Notes: generated by a model not told the origin, from the sequence alone. Positions 8,361 through 18,166 are shown, numbered from the stretch's first letter. The stretch: DNA of 64,000 nt from Promethearchaeota archaeon (GCA_048940645.1 JBHLOI010000005.1:1-64000); one strand, 5' to 3'. Made by a program: numbers and translations.

Positions 8361-10895
8361 GTGTTAATTATGGATAAAATCTCAATAACTATTAATGGAA
8401 TGAAAATTGATGTCAATAAAGGAATCACCATTTTAGAAGCCTCACAAAATGCTGGAATTTACATTCCTAGTCTTTGTGCACATCCTGATTTACCTCCCCT
8501 AGTAGGTTTAAAGCCAAATGAATGTATCTTCCAAGGTAATATTAAATTTAAAAATGATAATTCAACTCAAGGACATCAAGGGTGCCAACTTTGTGTTGTT
8601 AAAATAGAAGGAATTGAAGGCTTACAAACGTCCTGTAATACCATTGTAGAAGAAGGTATAATCGTCTCGACTGATACATTGGAAATTGAAGCTTTACGCC
8701 GAGAAAAATTAAAGCAGATTCTCTCAAAACATCCCCACGCATGCTTAATATGTGCCCAACGCGAGGGTTGCAGTCGTGAACCATGTTCACCTAATGTACC
8801 AGTGGAAGAACGTTGTTGCCCGATATTAGGGCGATGTGAACTACAAAAAGTAGCTGAATTCATTGGAATCCAAGAAGACACTCCACGGTACAAGCCTCAA
8901 GAACGTAATTTTATAGAAAATGAACCATTATTTATCCGAAATTATGAATTATGTATTGGATGTACAAGGTGTGTCAGAGTTTGTCGCGATCTTCGTGGCG
9001 TTGAAGCCTTAGGGTTTGTTTATTCTAATGGAGAAACTGTTGTCGGGAGTCTTGCGCCTACTCTTAAAGAATCCGGTTGTAAATTCTGTGGAGCTTGTGT
9101 TGAAGTCTGTCCGACAGGAGCTCTCACTGATAAAGATATCTTATGGGCTGGACGTGAAAAATTACTTGTTCCTTGTAGAGATACTTGTCCATTAGGAATT
9201 AATGTACCACGATATATTCGATTGATTTCAGAGGAAAAATTTGCTGAAGCAGCAGCAGTCATAAGAGAAAAAACGCCTTTTCCCTCGGTTCTTGGAAGAG
9301 TATGCTTCCATGATTGTGAAATTGCATGTCGTCGGAGCCAAATTAATGATCCTATTGCTATATGTGCTCTAAAGCGATTTGCAATGGATCGTGATACTAA
9401 TTTATGGAATTCAAAAATAAATATTTCCCCTCCAACAGGGAAGAAAGTAGCAGTGGTAGGTTCTGGGCCTTCAGGACTCACAACAGCTTATTATTTAAAA
9501 AGGTTTGGACATTCTGTCACAGTTTTTGAAGCTGATTCTTATATAGGAGGTATGTTAAGGGTAGGAATTCCAGAATATCGATTACCACGAGCGGTTCTTG
9601 AAAAAGATCTTGAACATATATTAAATATAGGAATTGATATTCAAACTGATAAAGTTATAGGTGAACATTTATCACTTGAAGATTTGAAAGAACAAGGTTT
9701 TAATGCTACTTTTTTAGCTATTGGCGCTCAAAATACTAAAAAAATTAATATCGAAGGATCAAATTTACCAAACATTCTCTGGGGTCTTGATTTTTTGAAA
9801 AAAGTCAATCTAGGTGGAGAAGTTAAAGTAACAAATAATGTTATCGTTATTGGTGGAGGAAATGTAGCTATAGATGTAGCTTTAACAGCTCGACGATTAG
9901 GGGCTAAAAACGTTCAATTAACGTGTCTAGAATGTAGAGAAGAGATGCCCGCTCATGAGTGGGAAATTCAAAAAGCGATAGATGAAGGTATAACACTAAA
10001 TTGCTCATGGGGGCCAAAAAAAATCACTGAAACAAATGGTAAAGTGTCTGAGGTTGAGCTTGTCCATTGTGATTCAGTATTTGATGAAAATAACTTATTT
10101 AATCCTATTTTTGACGAAACCAATAAAAAATCTGTTGAAGCCGATATGATAATAATGGCTATAGGTCAAATCCCTAATTTATCTGTTTTGGGAGGTGAAA
10201 GTAAAGTTAGTATATCCACAGAAGGATTAATTCAAATTAAAGAAGAAAATCTTGAGACGAATATTCCCGGAATATTTGCAGGTGGCGAAGTTATAAGTAG
10301 CCCTGGTTCGGTAGTAGACGCAATAGAAATGGGACGAAAAGCTGCAATTTCAATTGATAAGTTTTTAGAAGGTAATGGTGAAATTGAAGATATTTTTGTT
10401 GAACCAGATATATCTAATCCGTGGTTGGGACGTGATGAATATTTTATTGATAAAACACGCGCTCAAATGCCACTTTTATCGCTAGAAGAACGTCAAAGCA
10501 GCTTTAATGAAATCGAGCTAGGCTTTAATGAAACTAATGCCATAGAAGAGGCTAGTCGATGTTTAAAGTGTGATTTACGTTTTGAAATATCACCTGTGAT
10601 ACTTCCACCTCAGAAATGGTCAGAATTGACTATTGAAAATATACAAACCGTGCCAGAAACTGAAGGTGCCATTCAAGTTCTAAACGAGAAGCAAGAAATT
10701 ATCCTCATAAAAGGGACACCTAATTTACGCCAACTTTTAGAAGAACAATTAAATATAAACTCAAAGGCTTGCTTCTTTAATTATCATGAAGATCCAATGT
10801 ATACAAAAAGAGAAAGTGAGCTCCTTCAACAATTTATGCTGGAATTTGGAAGATTTCCAGAAGATAATGAAGATTTAGATGATGATCTTTTTTAA
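8361..10895 (+). CDS. BzdV-like NAD(P)H:ferredoxin oxidoreductase (2Fe-2S, 4Fe-4S, GltD-type FAD/NADPH domains, small C-terminal domain)
   Basis: IPSLCAHP...CQLCVV...SC; CIGCTRCVRVC; CKFCGACVEVCP; PCRDTCP/GRVC; GSGPSG; GGGNVAID; EASRCLKC. The start may be the ATG at 8370. Confidence 0.82.
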   Translation: MLIMDKISITINGMKIDVNKGITILEASQNAGIYIPSLCAHPDLPPLVGLKPNECIFQGNIKFKNDNSTQGHQGCQLCVVKIEGIEGLQTSCNTIVEEGIIVSTDTLEIEALRREKLKQILSKHPHACLICAQREGCSREPCSPNVPVEERCCPILGRCELQKVAEFIGIQEDTPRYKPQERNFIENEPLFIRNYELCIGCTRCVRVCRDLRGVEALGFVYSNGETVVGSLAPTLKESGCKFCGACVEVCPTGALTDKDILWAGREKLLVPCRDTCPLGINVPRYIRLISEEKFAEAAAVIREKTPFPSVLGRVCFHDCEIACRRSQINDPIAICALKRFAMDRDTNLWNSKINISPPTGKKVAVVGSGPSGLTTAYYLKRFGHSVTVFEADSYIGGMLRVGIPEYRLPRAVLEKDLEHILNIGIDIQTDKVIGEHLSLEDLKEQGFNATFLAIGAQNTKKINIEGSNLPNILWGLDFLKKVNLGGEVKVTNNVIVIGGGNVAIDVALTARRLGAKNVQLTCLECREEMPAHEWEIQKAIDEGITLNCSWGPKKITETNGKVSEVELVHCDSVFDENNLFNPIFDETNKKSVEADMIIMAIGQIPNLSVLGGESKVSISTEGLIQIKEENLETNIPGIFAGGEVISSPGSVVDAIEMGRKAAISIDKFLEGNGEIEDIFVEPDISNPWLGRDEYFIDKTRAQMPLLSLEERQSSFNEIELGFNETNAIEEASRCLKCDLRFEISPVILPPQKWSELTIENIQTVPETEGAIQVLNEKQEIILIKGTPNLRQLLEEQLNINSKACFFNYHEDPMYTKRESELLQQFMLEFGRFPEDNEDLDDDLF

Positions 10896-10950
10896 TTTTT
10901 GTTAAGAAACGAAATTTATTCACTAATTGTAAAATGTTAAATAATAATTA

Positions 10951-11361
10951 TCATAATTCCTCAACCACGTGATAACCATTTTGTTTAAGAACTTCGATTC
11001 CATTTTCATTTTCATCTAGTCTGAATATTATTAAAGGCTGGTCATCAATTATACTCGTATAAAGATATTCAATATTTACATTATTTGAACCAAAGAGTTT
11101 AGCAATTTTATATAATGCTGCAATATTATCAGAAAGCCTAACAGCTACTACTTCAGTAACTGAATATAACAGTTCTTTTTCTTCTAAAATTTTAATACAT
11201 TCTTCAAACTGATCAACTAAAAGTAATAATAGACCATAATCTTCCGTTTCTGCCACTGTAAGAGATCTAATATAAATTTTATTATCCATTAATACCTCAA
11301 AAAATTCGGCAAGCTCTCCCGGTTTATTAGGAAGAAAAACTGAAATCTGATTTATCGACAT
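10951..11361 (-). CDS. Tandem ACT-domain protein
   Basis: QISVFLPNKPGEL...IRSLTVAETEDYG...VNIEYLY; this family is commonly found next to aryl-CoA ligase genes. Confidence 0.85.
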   Translation of the reverse strand: MSINQISVFLPNKPGELAEFFEVLMDNKIYIRSLTVAETEDYGLLLLLVDQFEECIKILEEKELLYSVTEVVAVRLSDNIAALYKIAKLFGSNNVNIEYLYTSIIDDQPLIIFRLDENENGIEVLKQNGYHVVEEL

Positions 11362-11605
11362 TATTTTGGAATTAGAAAATTATTATAATTAAAACATACA
11401 ACTTAATTAAATTAGAAATATAGATTGTTTAAAAATAATACTAAAATAATTCATATTTGATTTTAAAACGGTGTACTACTTAATTTTTTAAGCTTAGTTT
11501 TCTTCAAATTAATATATCGAAGTTAAATCTAAGGAAATTTTTAAGATCTAAATTCTCTTAATAAAATTGTGTTACATAATTAATAGTACGAAAATTGTGG
11601 TTTAA

Positions 11606-12334
11606 GTGATGAAATGGGAGTTTGAGTTCGATGAAAGGTTAAAATGGACAGCCGAATTGCGCGATAATTTATATAAGAAAGCAAATCTTGCTCAAAAGAA
11701 GAACTTATTAGAGGTTGGATGCGTTACTGGTGAACTACTTAAAGAAATTGGAGTCATGTACGACTTAAAATTGTATGGTATAGATAATGACGCTGTGAAA
11801 ATTGAATATGCAAGAGTAAACCTTGAAAAGAATATGATTGATGCAAAATTAATGGTGATGGACATATCAAATAATTCTTTTGAGGATGAGATGTTTGATG
11901 TTATAATTTCCTACTTTTCCTTCCTATGGATAAAGAATTTAAAAAAAGCTATATCAGAAATCCATAGAATTTTAACCAATAATGGTGTATTTTTGATTTT
12001 AGGAGAACCAGACTTTGGGGGATTAATTGAATACCCCGATACTAATCTAAAAAAAGAAATCATATATAATATCAAAAATCTAGGTGGAGATCCTGCAATA
12101 GGAAGAAAACTAAACCAATATTTCACAAACCAATTCAAAGTAATAGAGCATTTTTGTACTAGTCTCCCTTGGATTCCTAACGTAGATAAAATAACTTTAC
12201 ATAAAGAAATTGATTTTTATGAAGAAAATTTGAATCCAAAACAATTTGATATAAATTTAATTAGGACTAGTATTGATTTAGAAAAATTTTTCTTGTTTAT
12301 ACCCATTTTTAGTTATCATCTTAGGAAAATTTAA
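11606..12334 (+). CDS. Class I SAM-dependent methyltransferase
   Basis: LLEVGCVTG motif I, YGIDND, FEDEMFDVI, EIHRILTNNG. Confidence 0.8.
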   Translation: MMKWEFEFDERLKWTAELRDNLYKKANLAQKKNLLEVGCVTGELLKEIGVMYDLKLYGIDNDAVKIEYARVNLEKNMIDAKLMVMDISNNSFEDEMFDVIISYFSFLWIKNLKKAISEIHRILTNNGVFLILGEPDFGGLIEYPDTNLKKEIIYNIKNLGGDPAIGRKLNQYFTNQFKVIEHFCTSLPWIPNVDKITLHKEIDFYEENLNPKQFDINLIRTSIDLEKFFLFIPIFSYHLRKI

Positions 12335-12429
12335 AATTAAATATTAAATCTAAAGCTTTTTATAAGATTTAGAAGAAGAACCAAAAAACTAGTATCTAAT
12401 AACTATTTCATTTTTAAAAAACTATAAGG

Positions 12430-12834
12430 TTAATCTTCAGAATTGTGCTTCAATTTTTCAAATAACCTTTTATATTCTTCTATATATTTTTCATCGTTAG
12501 TTTCTTTTATTTTTTGCAAAAGTTCAACAGATTTAGTTAAAACTTCTGATCTTTTCCTAATTTTTTCCTTATATAAATCTTTTCTATATTGTGATTTTGC
12601 TAATTTCAATTCATTTTTTATTTTTTCAATAGAGCTTTCTATGTTCTTTTGAGAATTTATAACTGAATTAGTAAGTTGCTTTTTTCTTTGCTCTAATGTA
12701 ATACAATTTTCACAGATCAATTCTCCCGATTCTTTCCCTCCTTGTTTAATCATATAAGGATTCCCGCAACGAGAACATTTAACTAACTTAACAATGAGCT
12801 TATTTTCGTTGGAATCGGGCATGGACTGGAACAA
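12430..12834 (-). CDS. Hypothetical protein with zinc ribbon and coiled coil
   Basis: CSRC...CENC followed by a long K/E-rich heptad region. Confidence 0.7.
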   Translation of the reverse strand: MFQSMPDSNENKLIVKLVKCSRCGNPYMIKQGGKESGELICENCITLEQRKKQLTNSVINSQKNIESSIEKIKNELKLAKSQYRKDLYKEKIRKRSEVLTKSVELLQKIKETNDEKYIEEYKRLFEKLKHNSED

Positions 12835-13093
12835 CTAAAATTTTAGATTATGTACTTACTAATTTAATAACTTTTTTATAATTTAATTTTTAATTTTTTG
12901 TTTGGTTTATCTTTTTGGTAGATAAGATATATATTTGTTTACAGGTTTACCCTCTTTTTTTTTAGATTTTTTAGCAGGAACAGTTAGTATTTTTACTGGA
13001 ATTGGAAATCTTTATAAATTGGATTAAAATGTAAAGAATTATAAATTGAGATATTTCATTAATAATTAACACTCCCATTTCAAATAGTTCATT

Positions 13094-14620
13094 ATGAGTA
13101 AAAATAAAATCCTCTTCATAAAGAGCCTTTCACTGATAGATACAGGATTCCCCTTAAGAGTTAGAGATAATCCTAAGTATGATAACAATCCATTAATAAA
13201 TAAGAGCGAAATTGATAAAGCATACGATCAATTTCGAGATAAATTAAACTTTTTAGAAGGTGGGGGTGTTTCAACTATACCAAAATTGGATATAAATATT
13301 GAAGGTCGATTTTTAGCATATAATATTCCCGAAGTTCCTTCTATTGTAGTCGATGAGATTTGTACTAAAAATAATTTAAAAAAAATTTTAAATAATAATG
13401 ATATAACGCATATTGCTTTAAGTACTTATGGAACAGGGCTAGATAGGACGATTGATTTAATAAACGTTATTCAATCCGAATTTAATGATATCACGTTGTA
13501 TATTGGGGGTGTAGGGACAGTTTATCCTCATGTACAAGAATTAGTTGCCCCAAAAAATATATGTATCGGCAATGGTGTCAATTGGCTACGTGAAAAATTT
13601 AATTTAAGACTCCTTTCAAAAGAAGATTTTGAAATTCCAAAAATAATTGGACATTTTTATGAGTTCCCTATAAAAGTAAATACTTCATTTTTAATTACTC
13701 AAATCGGATGTCCATATAAATGCGATTTTTGTATAACTACAAACATTTTGCGACACACCCCCTTTTCAAATCACAAAAAAATTATAAATTTCATTGAGAA
13801 TTTAAGCTTAAAATCAAGTAAAGATATTTTTATATTCATATGTGAGCCTAATGCATTTTATCCAGAATCTATCTGGAAAAAAGTATTTAGTTATTTTATT
13901 GAAAATCCGAGAAGCATAGATAATAATGTTTTTCTAACTTCTCTTGTATCACTTAATCATATAAACAGATTTGATTTAGAAACTATTCAAAAAAAATCTC
14001 CATTGAAGTTTTTAATGATGAGTTGTGGAATTGAAAGTACTTTAGAAGGAGGATATACTAAAAATAAAGGAAATCCTGATAAAATTTTAAATAGATTAAA
14101 TAATTTAGGAATTTTTACCAAGCATAATTTTATAATAGGTTTCCCATTTCATACAAGAGAAAAAATAAATTTGGAAATTAGAAACAATCTAAGATTTAAT
14201 ACCGATATAATTGTTGTTAGCAGTTTAAAACCCATCCCTCATACGCAAATTTTTGACCAATTAAAACTAGAAAATCGTTTATACGATAGAGATTTACCAC
14301 CTGAATTTTTATACGCTTTTGGATTCCTTCCATTTAAGCATAAATTTTTAGGAGGGGGATTTAAAATTTTAAGTTATCTTTTTAAAGCTTCTTATGAAAT
14401 TAAAAAAAAAACTATTGATGTTTTTGATAAATTTGCAAACAAATTATTAGATCTGTTTGCAATCACTAATTCTCGAAAAATTAGAAAAGCAGCTAGGCTA
14501 ATGATGAGATTGAGTAAATTTAACTATAGTTATTTTCAATTTAGAATGCCAAATCATTTATCATCAATCTTTCAGCAAAATATTGTGAGAACTAAGGAGA
14601 GATATAAGGAGATTAAGTAA
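13094..14620 (+). CDS. Radical SAM protein, probably with a B12-binding-like N-terminal domain
   Basis: TQIGCPYKCDFC (CxxxCxxC), CGIES, NFIIGFP; upstream IALSTY...LYIGG resembles a cobalamin-binding fold. Confidence 0.8.
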   Translation: MSKNKILFIKSLSLIDTGFPLRVRDNPKYDNNPLINKSEIDKAYDQFRDKLNFLEGGGVSTIPKLDINIEGRFLAYNIPEVPSIVVDEICTKNNLKKILNNNDITHIALSTYGTGLDRTIDLINVIQSEFNDITLYIGGVGTVYPHVQELVAPKNICIGNGVNWLREKFNLRLLSKEDFEIPKIIGHFYEFPIKVNTSFLITQIGCPYKCDFCITTNILRHTPFSNHKKIINFIENLSLKSSKDIFIFICEPNAFYPESIWKKVFSYFIENPRSIDNNVFLTSLVSLNHINRFDLETIQKKSPLKFLMMSCGIESTLEGGYTKNKGNPDKILNRLNNLGIFTKHNFIIGFPFHTREKINLEIRNNLRFNTDIIVVSSLKPIPHTQIFDQLKLENRLYDRDLPPEFLYAFGFLPFKHKFLGGGFKILSYLFKASYEIKKKTIDVFDKFANKLLDLFAITNSRKIRKAARLMMRLSKFNYSYFQFRMPNHLSSIFQQNIVRTKERYKEIK

Positions 14621-14747
14621 TAAGAATTCCAACTTTGCTTTATATAGTTCTAAGATTTTTACAAAAATGTTTAAATATTAACTGATTATTTCTTAAACTA
14701 CATATTAGTTCTCGAAAAATATATAATTAAATTAATTGCAAAGAACT

Positions 14748-15068
14748 ATGAGTGATCAAAGACCACCAATTCCAAAAATGGGAACTTATACGATTATTCT
14801 AACTATTGTATTGAATATTATATTCGTTTTAATAGGGGTTTACTTATTTTTACATAATTTTTGGATAATTGCAATTATAATCTGGATACTAATACTTATC
14901 CTTGATATAATAGTCTATCTTGTAATAAAGAGAATACAAGAGTTTCGTGACCTAACAATAAGAAGAACAATAGCAGGTCTACCTGAGCAAACTTGTGCAC
15001 TATTTTTACTAATCTTTATGGGCACTATACTTACTATTTATATCATTAGCATTAGCACCATAGTATAA
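14748..15068 (+). CDS. Small 3-TM membrane protein, copy 1
   Basis: Three hydrophobic segments; IAGLPEQTCALFLL shared with copy 2. ATG at 14748 preferred over TTG at 14736 by alignment to the paralogue. Confidence 0.8.
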   Translation: MSDQRPPIPKMGTYTIILTIVLNIIFVLIGVYLFLHNFWIIAIIIWILILILDIIVYLVIKRIQEFRDLTIRRTIAGLPEQTCALFLLIFMGTILTIYIISISTIV

Positions 15069-15315
15069 TGAGAAAGAGTAAATTAAACCATTTTTTTTTA
15101 ATTTAGAACGCCTAATCATTCAACATTAATCTTTCAGCAAAATTTTATAAGATCTAAGGAAAAATATAAAGGGATTAAGCGAAAAAAATTCAAAGTTTGC
15201 ATAGTTTTTTATATAGCCCCAAGCTTTTTACAAAAATGTTTAAATACTAACTGATTATTTTTCATCCTTAACTCATTTAATTAAAAATTTATAACTAAAC
15301 TAATTGTGAAAAATT

Positions 15316-15630
15316 ATGAATGATCAACCCCCAAATTTTCCAAAATTAGGAATCTATTTAATTTTTATTACTATTATATTGAATATAATATTTATCTTAA
15401 CAGGTGTTTACTTCTTTTTACATGACTGTTGGATAATTGCTATTATCATTTGGATACTAATCGCTATTATCGATATAATTGTAATTCTAGCAATAAAGAA
15501 ATTATTGGAATTTCGTGACCTGATATCTAGACTTATCGCAGGTCTACCTGAGCAAACTTGTGCACTATTTCTATTAGCTTTTATTAGTGCTATACTTACC
15601 GTTTTTATTGTCAGTATTATAATACTATAA
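15316..15630 (+). CDS. Small 3-TM membrane protein, copy 2
   Basis: Paralogue of 14748-15068 (MNDQPP.., WIIAIIIWILI, EFRDL, IAGLPEQTCALFLL). Confidence 0.8.
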   Translation: MNDQPPNFPKLGIYLIFITIILNIIFILTGVYFFLHDCWIIAIIIWILIAIIDIIVILAIKKLLEFRDLISRLIAGLPEQTCALFLLAFISAILTVFIVSIIIL

Positions 15631-15771
15631 TTTTAGAGGCTAAGAAATTGCTTAGCTTTTTTTTTTAATATCTACCTAATGAAGAAGGATAAAATTTTAA
15701 TACCAAGCAAAAACACATGAAATTTGGATATAAAGTTTATTTTTAAATCATAAAAATTGGTACAATAGAAA

Positions 15772-16854
15772 ATGATTTTACTATCTACCGAAAGTTTTGC
15801 AGACGGACTTTCAGCTATGTTATGCCTTATTTTTGCTTGGATTCTAGGATTAGGAATTATCATTCACGCTAGAAGATTAAATGCCAAACTCCTTTCATAT
15901 ATGGGCTTAAATATATTTTTAGCAGGTTTTTTCTGGCTAGTAATTTGCTGTGACTTTTTAGCAGTGTTAATATCAGGTCGTAATCTAAATAATCCATATG
16001 GATGGATGGGAATAGTCCACATTATGTGGGCTCCGCTTGTGTTATTAATTTCCGTATATATTGGCGCTGAACTCATGGTTCCTAAAAAAAAGTGGTATTT
16101 CGTTTATTCTTTTCTAATTTTAAGCTTATTATTTGAATTTTTTATTCTTATTAATCCTTTAGGTACTTTTTATTTTGAATACCCGGATACACCTGGCGAA
16201 AGCTTAATTATTATTATGATTATGTCTAATACTCCTGCAAATCTTTTAACATATGCTTTTGAAATTTTTGGATTACTTTTTTGCGGATTTGGATATTTAA
16301 TAAAGAGTTTTCGATCAGTTGGATTAATAAAAAATAAATTTATATTATTATCGATAGGATATTTTCTTTTTATTGGATTTCCTATTGTAGCAGCATTGAC
16401 ATCTCGTTTTGGTTTTTTCATTCCTATAGTTTATTCTAGGATTGGAATGGTAAGCGGATTCTTCTTTTTTTATGCAGGTTTGAGAGAAACGCCCATCTCA
16501 AAAAAGAAAAAAGAGAAAAGGGAAAGGATCAAAAAGGATGTAAAAGTTGAAGAATCATTGTTTAGATTATTTGAAAGACCATATCATATTTCCGAAGAGG
16601 AAGTCATTTTTCATAAAGAAAAGAAAATTTGTCTTGTTTGTAAAGGAAAAGTCCTAAGAGTAAACTATATTTGCCCTAAATGCAATGCCCTTTATTGTAT
16701 TAATTGCTCAGAAGTATTAAGTAATCGGGAGAACATGTGTTGGGTATGTGATGAACCTTTTGATGAATCTAAACCTATATCTCCGTATAAAAGAAAGATC
16801 AAGAAAGATGTCGCAAAAATTTTGGATGTACATAAAGAACCTGAAATTTCATAG
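15772..16854 (+). CDS. About 7-TM membrane protein with C-terminal C4C4 RING-like zinc finger (candidate membrane E3 ligase)
   Basis: About seven hydrophobic helices, a basic linker, then C-x2-C-x10-C-x2-C-x4-C-x2-C-x10-C-x2-C (CLVC..CPKC..CINC..CWVC). Confidence 0.75.
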   Translation: MILLSTESFADGLSAMLCLIFAWILGLGIIIHARRLNAKLLSYMGLNIFLAGFFWLVICCDFLAVLISGRNLNNPYGWMGIVHIMWAPLVLLISVYIGAELMVPKKKWYFVYSFLILSLLFEFFILINPLGTFYFEYPDTPGESLIIIMIMSNTPANLLTYAFEIFGLLFCGFGYLIKSFRSVGLIKNKFILLSIGYFLFIGFPIVAALTSRFGFFIPIVYSRIGMVSGFFFFYAGLRETPISKKKKEKRERIKKDVKVEESLFRLFERPYHISEEEVIFHKEKKICLVCKGKVLRVNYICPKCNALYCINCSEVLSNRENMCWVCDEPFDESKPISPYKRKIKKDVAKILDVHKEPEIS

Positions 16855-16910
16855 TCTAATATTAACTAAAATCAAGGATTTTCAATTGAATATTAATTTT
16901 TCTTATTACG

Positions 16911-17528
16911 TTAATATAAATATTCGAAGCAATCGAGATTCCCTCTAATTTGAGCAGCTATATCGTCTCTATCATCTTCAATTAATTCATCAATTGTAGT
17001 CTGATAATATTCAACCGCTTTAGCATACGCCGTATCATGAGAATCTCCTTGTGCGATTGAATGGTCAATTTGAGAATCACATTCAAAAAGAAGATGTCGA
17101 TGGTTCTCATCTGGATAGAGAAAATAATGAGAGTATCCAAAAAATGCTGTACAACCTTTATCTACAAAATCGTTTCCCAATGTATCAGCTGTAAAGCATG
17201 AGGTAAGGTGTATTACTTTATCCAAAACTTCCTCTTTTGAATAACCTTTTCCACGTAGAGGGCACTTTTTTTTAAAAATGTACTCACCCAGATGACCCAT
17301 AAAAGTAGATTTATTCCCATGCCCAGATCCTGTAATAAACTTGATGTCGGGATCTATAGCTATTTCTTCAACCTTTTCTCTTGTTGCGAGTTGTCCTTGT
17401 CTCATTTCAAGAGTTCTGGTAAACTGATTAATGTATGGATAAACTTTTATATTACGATAATCATAAATTATTCTAGTATCATTATCATAGTTAGAATCAA
17501 TTCCAAGGAATTTAATAGTTCCACTCAT
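16911..17528 (-). CDS. Stand-alone clan CD (caspase/gingipain/CHAT-like) cysteine peptidase
   Basis: Hydrophobic strand then HG (IKFITGSGHGN); hydrophobic strand then SC (KVIHLTSCFTA); followed by LGNDFVDKGCTAFFGY. Confidence 0.7.
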   Translation of the reverse strand: MSGTIKFLGIDSNYDNDTRIIYDYRNIKVYPYINQFTRTLEMRQGQLATREKVEEIAIDPDIKFITGSGHGNKSTFMGHLGEYIFKKKCPLRGKGYSKEEVLDKVIHLTSCFTADTLGNDFVDKGCTAFFGYSHYFLYPDENHRHLLFECDSQIDHSIAQGDSHDTAYAKAVEYYQTTIDELIEDDRDDIAAQIRGNLDCFEYLY

Positions 17529-17986
17529 AAGTCTAATTCACCTGCCTGTATTTTTCTTTTTGCTTTCTCTAAAACAAATTGGATCGTAAAAATTTCGATA
17601 TTAATTAAGCGCTTTCCTAATTTCGATTTCTTTTGTATTTCATCTATACCTCTGGCTTGTTCAATTTTTCCTATACCTGGAACAAAAACTTCGTATTCAG
17701 GTCTTACTTTAATTCTTTCTATTGCTATTTCTGATTTTATTTTTAAACTTAAGGTATCATAATCTATCTCCAAATTCTTTTCAAGAATATCTCTTACTGA
17801 TAATTTTTCATTTGCTTCTTCATCAATTCCACCAACCATGTCCAACTGAGCTTCTAGATTTTGTTTTGGTGTCTTTGTCTCAATTTTTTTAATGTTTTCT
17901 CTTATTTCTTTTCTTATTTTATCTTTATAGTCATCATCTAATCCAGGTAATTCTACACTTACTTTTTTCTTATAATAATAGGGCAT
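17525..17986 (-). CDS. Hypothetical protein translationally coupled to the caspase-like peptidase
   Basis: 153-aa charged protein; its stop overlaps the next start (ATGA, 4 bp). Confidence 0.7.
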   Translation of the reverse strand: MPYYYKKKVSVELPGLDDDYKDKIRKEIRENIKKIETKTPKQNLEAQLDMVGGIDEEANEKLSVRDILEKNLEIDYDTLSLKIKSEIAIERIKVRPEYEVFVPGIGKIEQARGIDEIQKKSKLGKRLINIEIFTIQFVLEKAKRKIQAGELDL

Positions 17987-18166
17987 TTAAGCTCATATTT
18001 CTTATTAATTAATGTTTATAATAGAATTTAATTAGAATTTCTATAATAAAATAAAATGGGTAGATATTTAATTTTTACAATTTTTTAAAAATTTTAATAT
18101 TATAAGATAATTATAGATAAGTATTGAAATTCAATAATCAATCTTTAAAATCTAAAAGGAAATTAT

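Larger units (their letters stand above)
14538..15630 (+). repeat. Diverged tandem duplication (about 14538-15068 and 15100-15630)
   Basis: AATTTAGAATGCCAAATCAT...AATCTTTCAGCAAAA at 14538 recurs as AATTTAGAACGCCTAATCAT...AATCTTTCAGCAAAA at 15100. The promoter segment (TTTTACAAAAATGTTTAAATA.TAACTGATTATTT) and the downstream gene are also duplicated. Confidence 0.9.

Noticed and set aside
12907-13011. Minus-strand Lys-rich open frame (RFPIPVKILTVPAKKSKKKEGKPVNKYISYLPKR)
   Set aside because: An in-frame stop lies immediately upstream and there is no standard start codon; unsupported as a gene.
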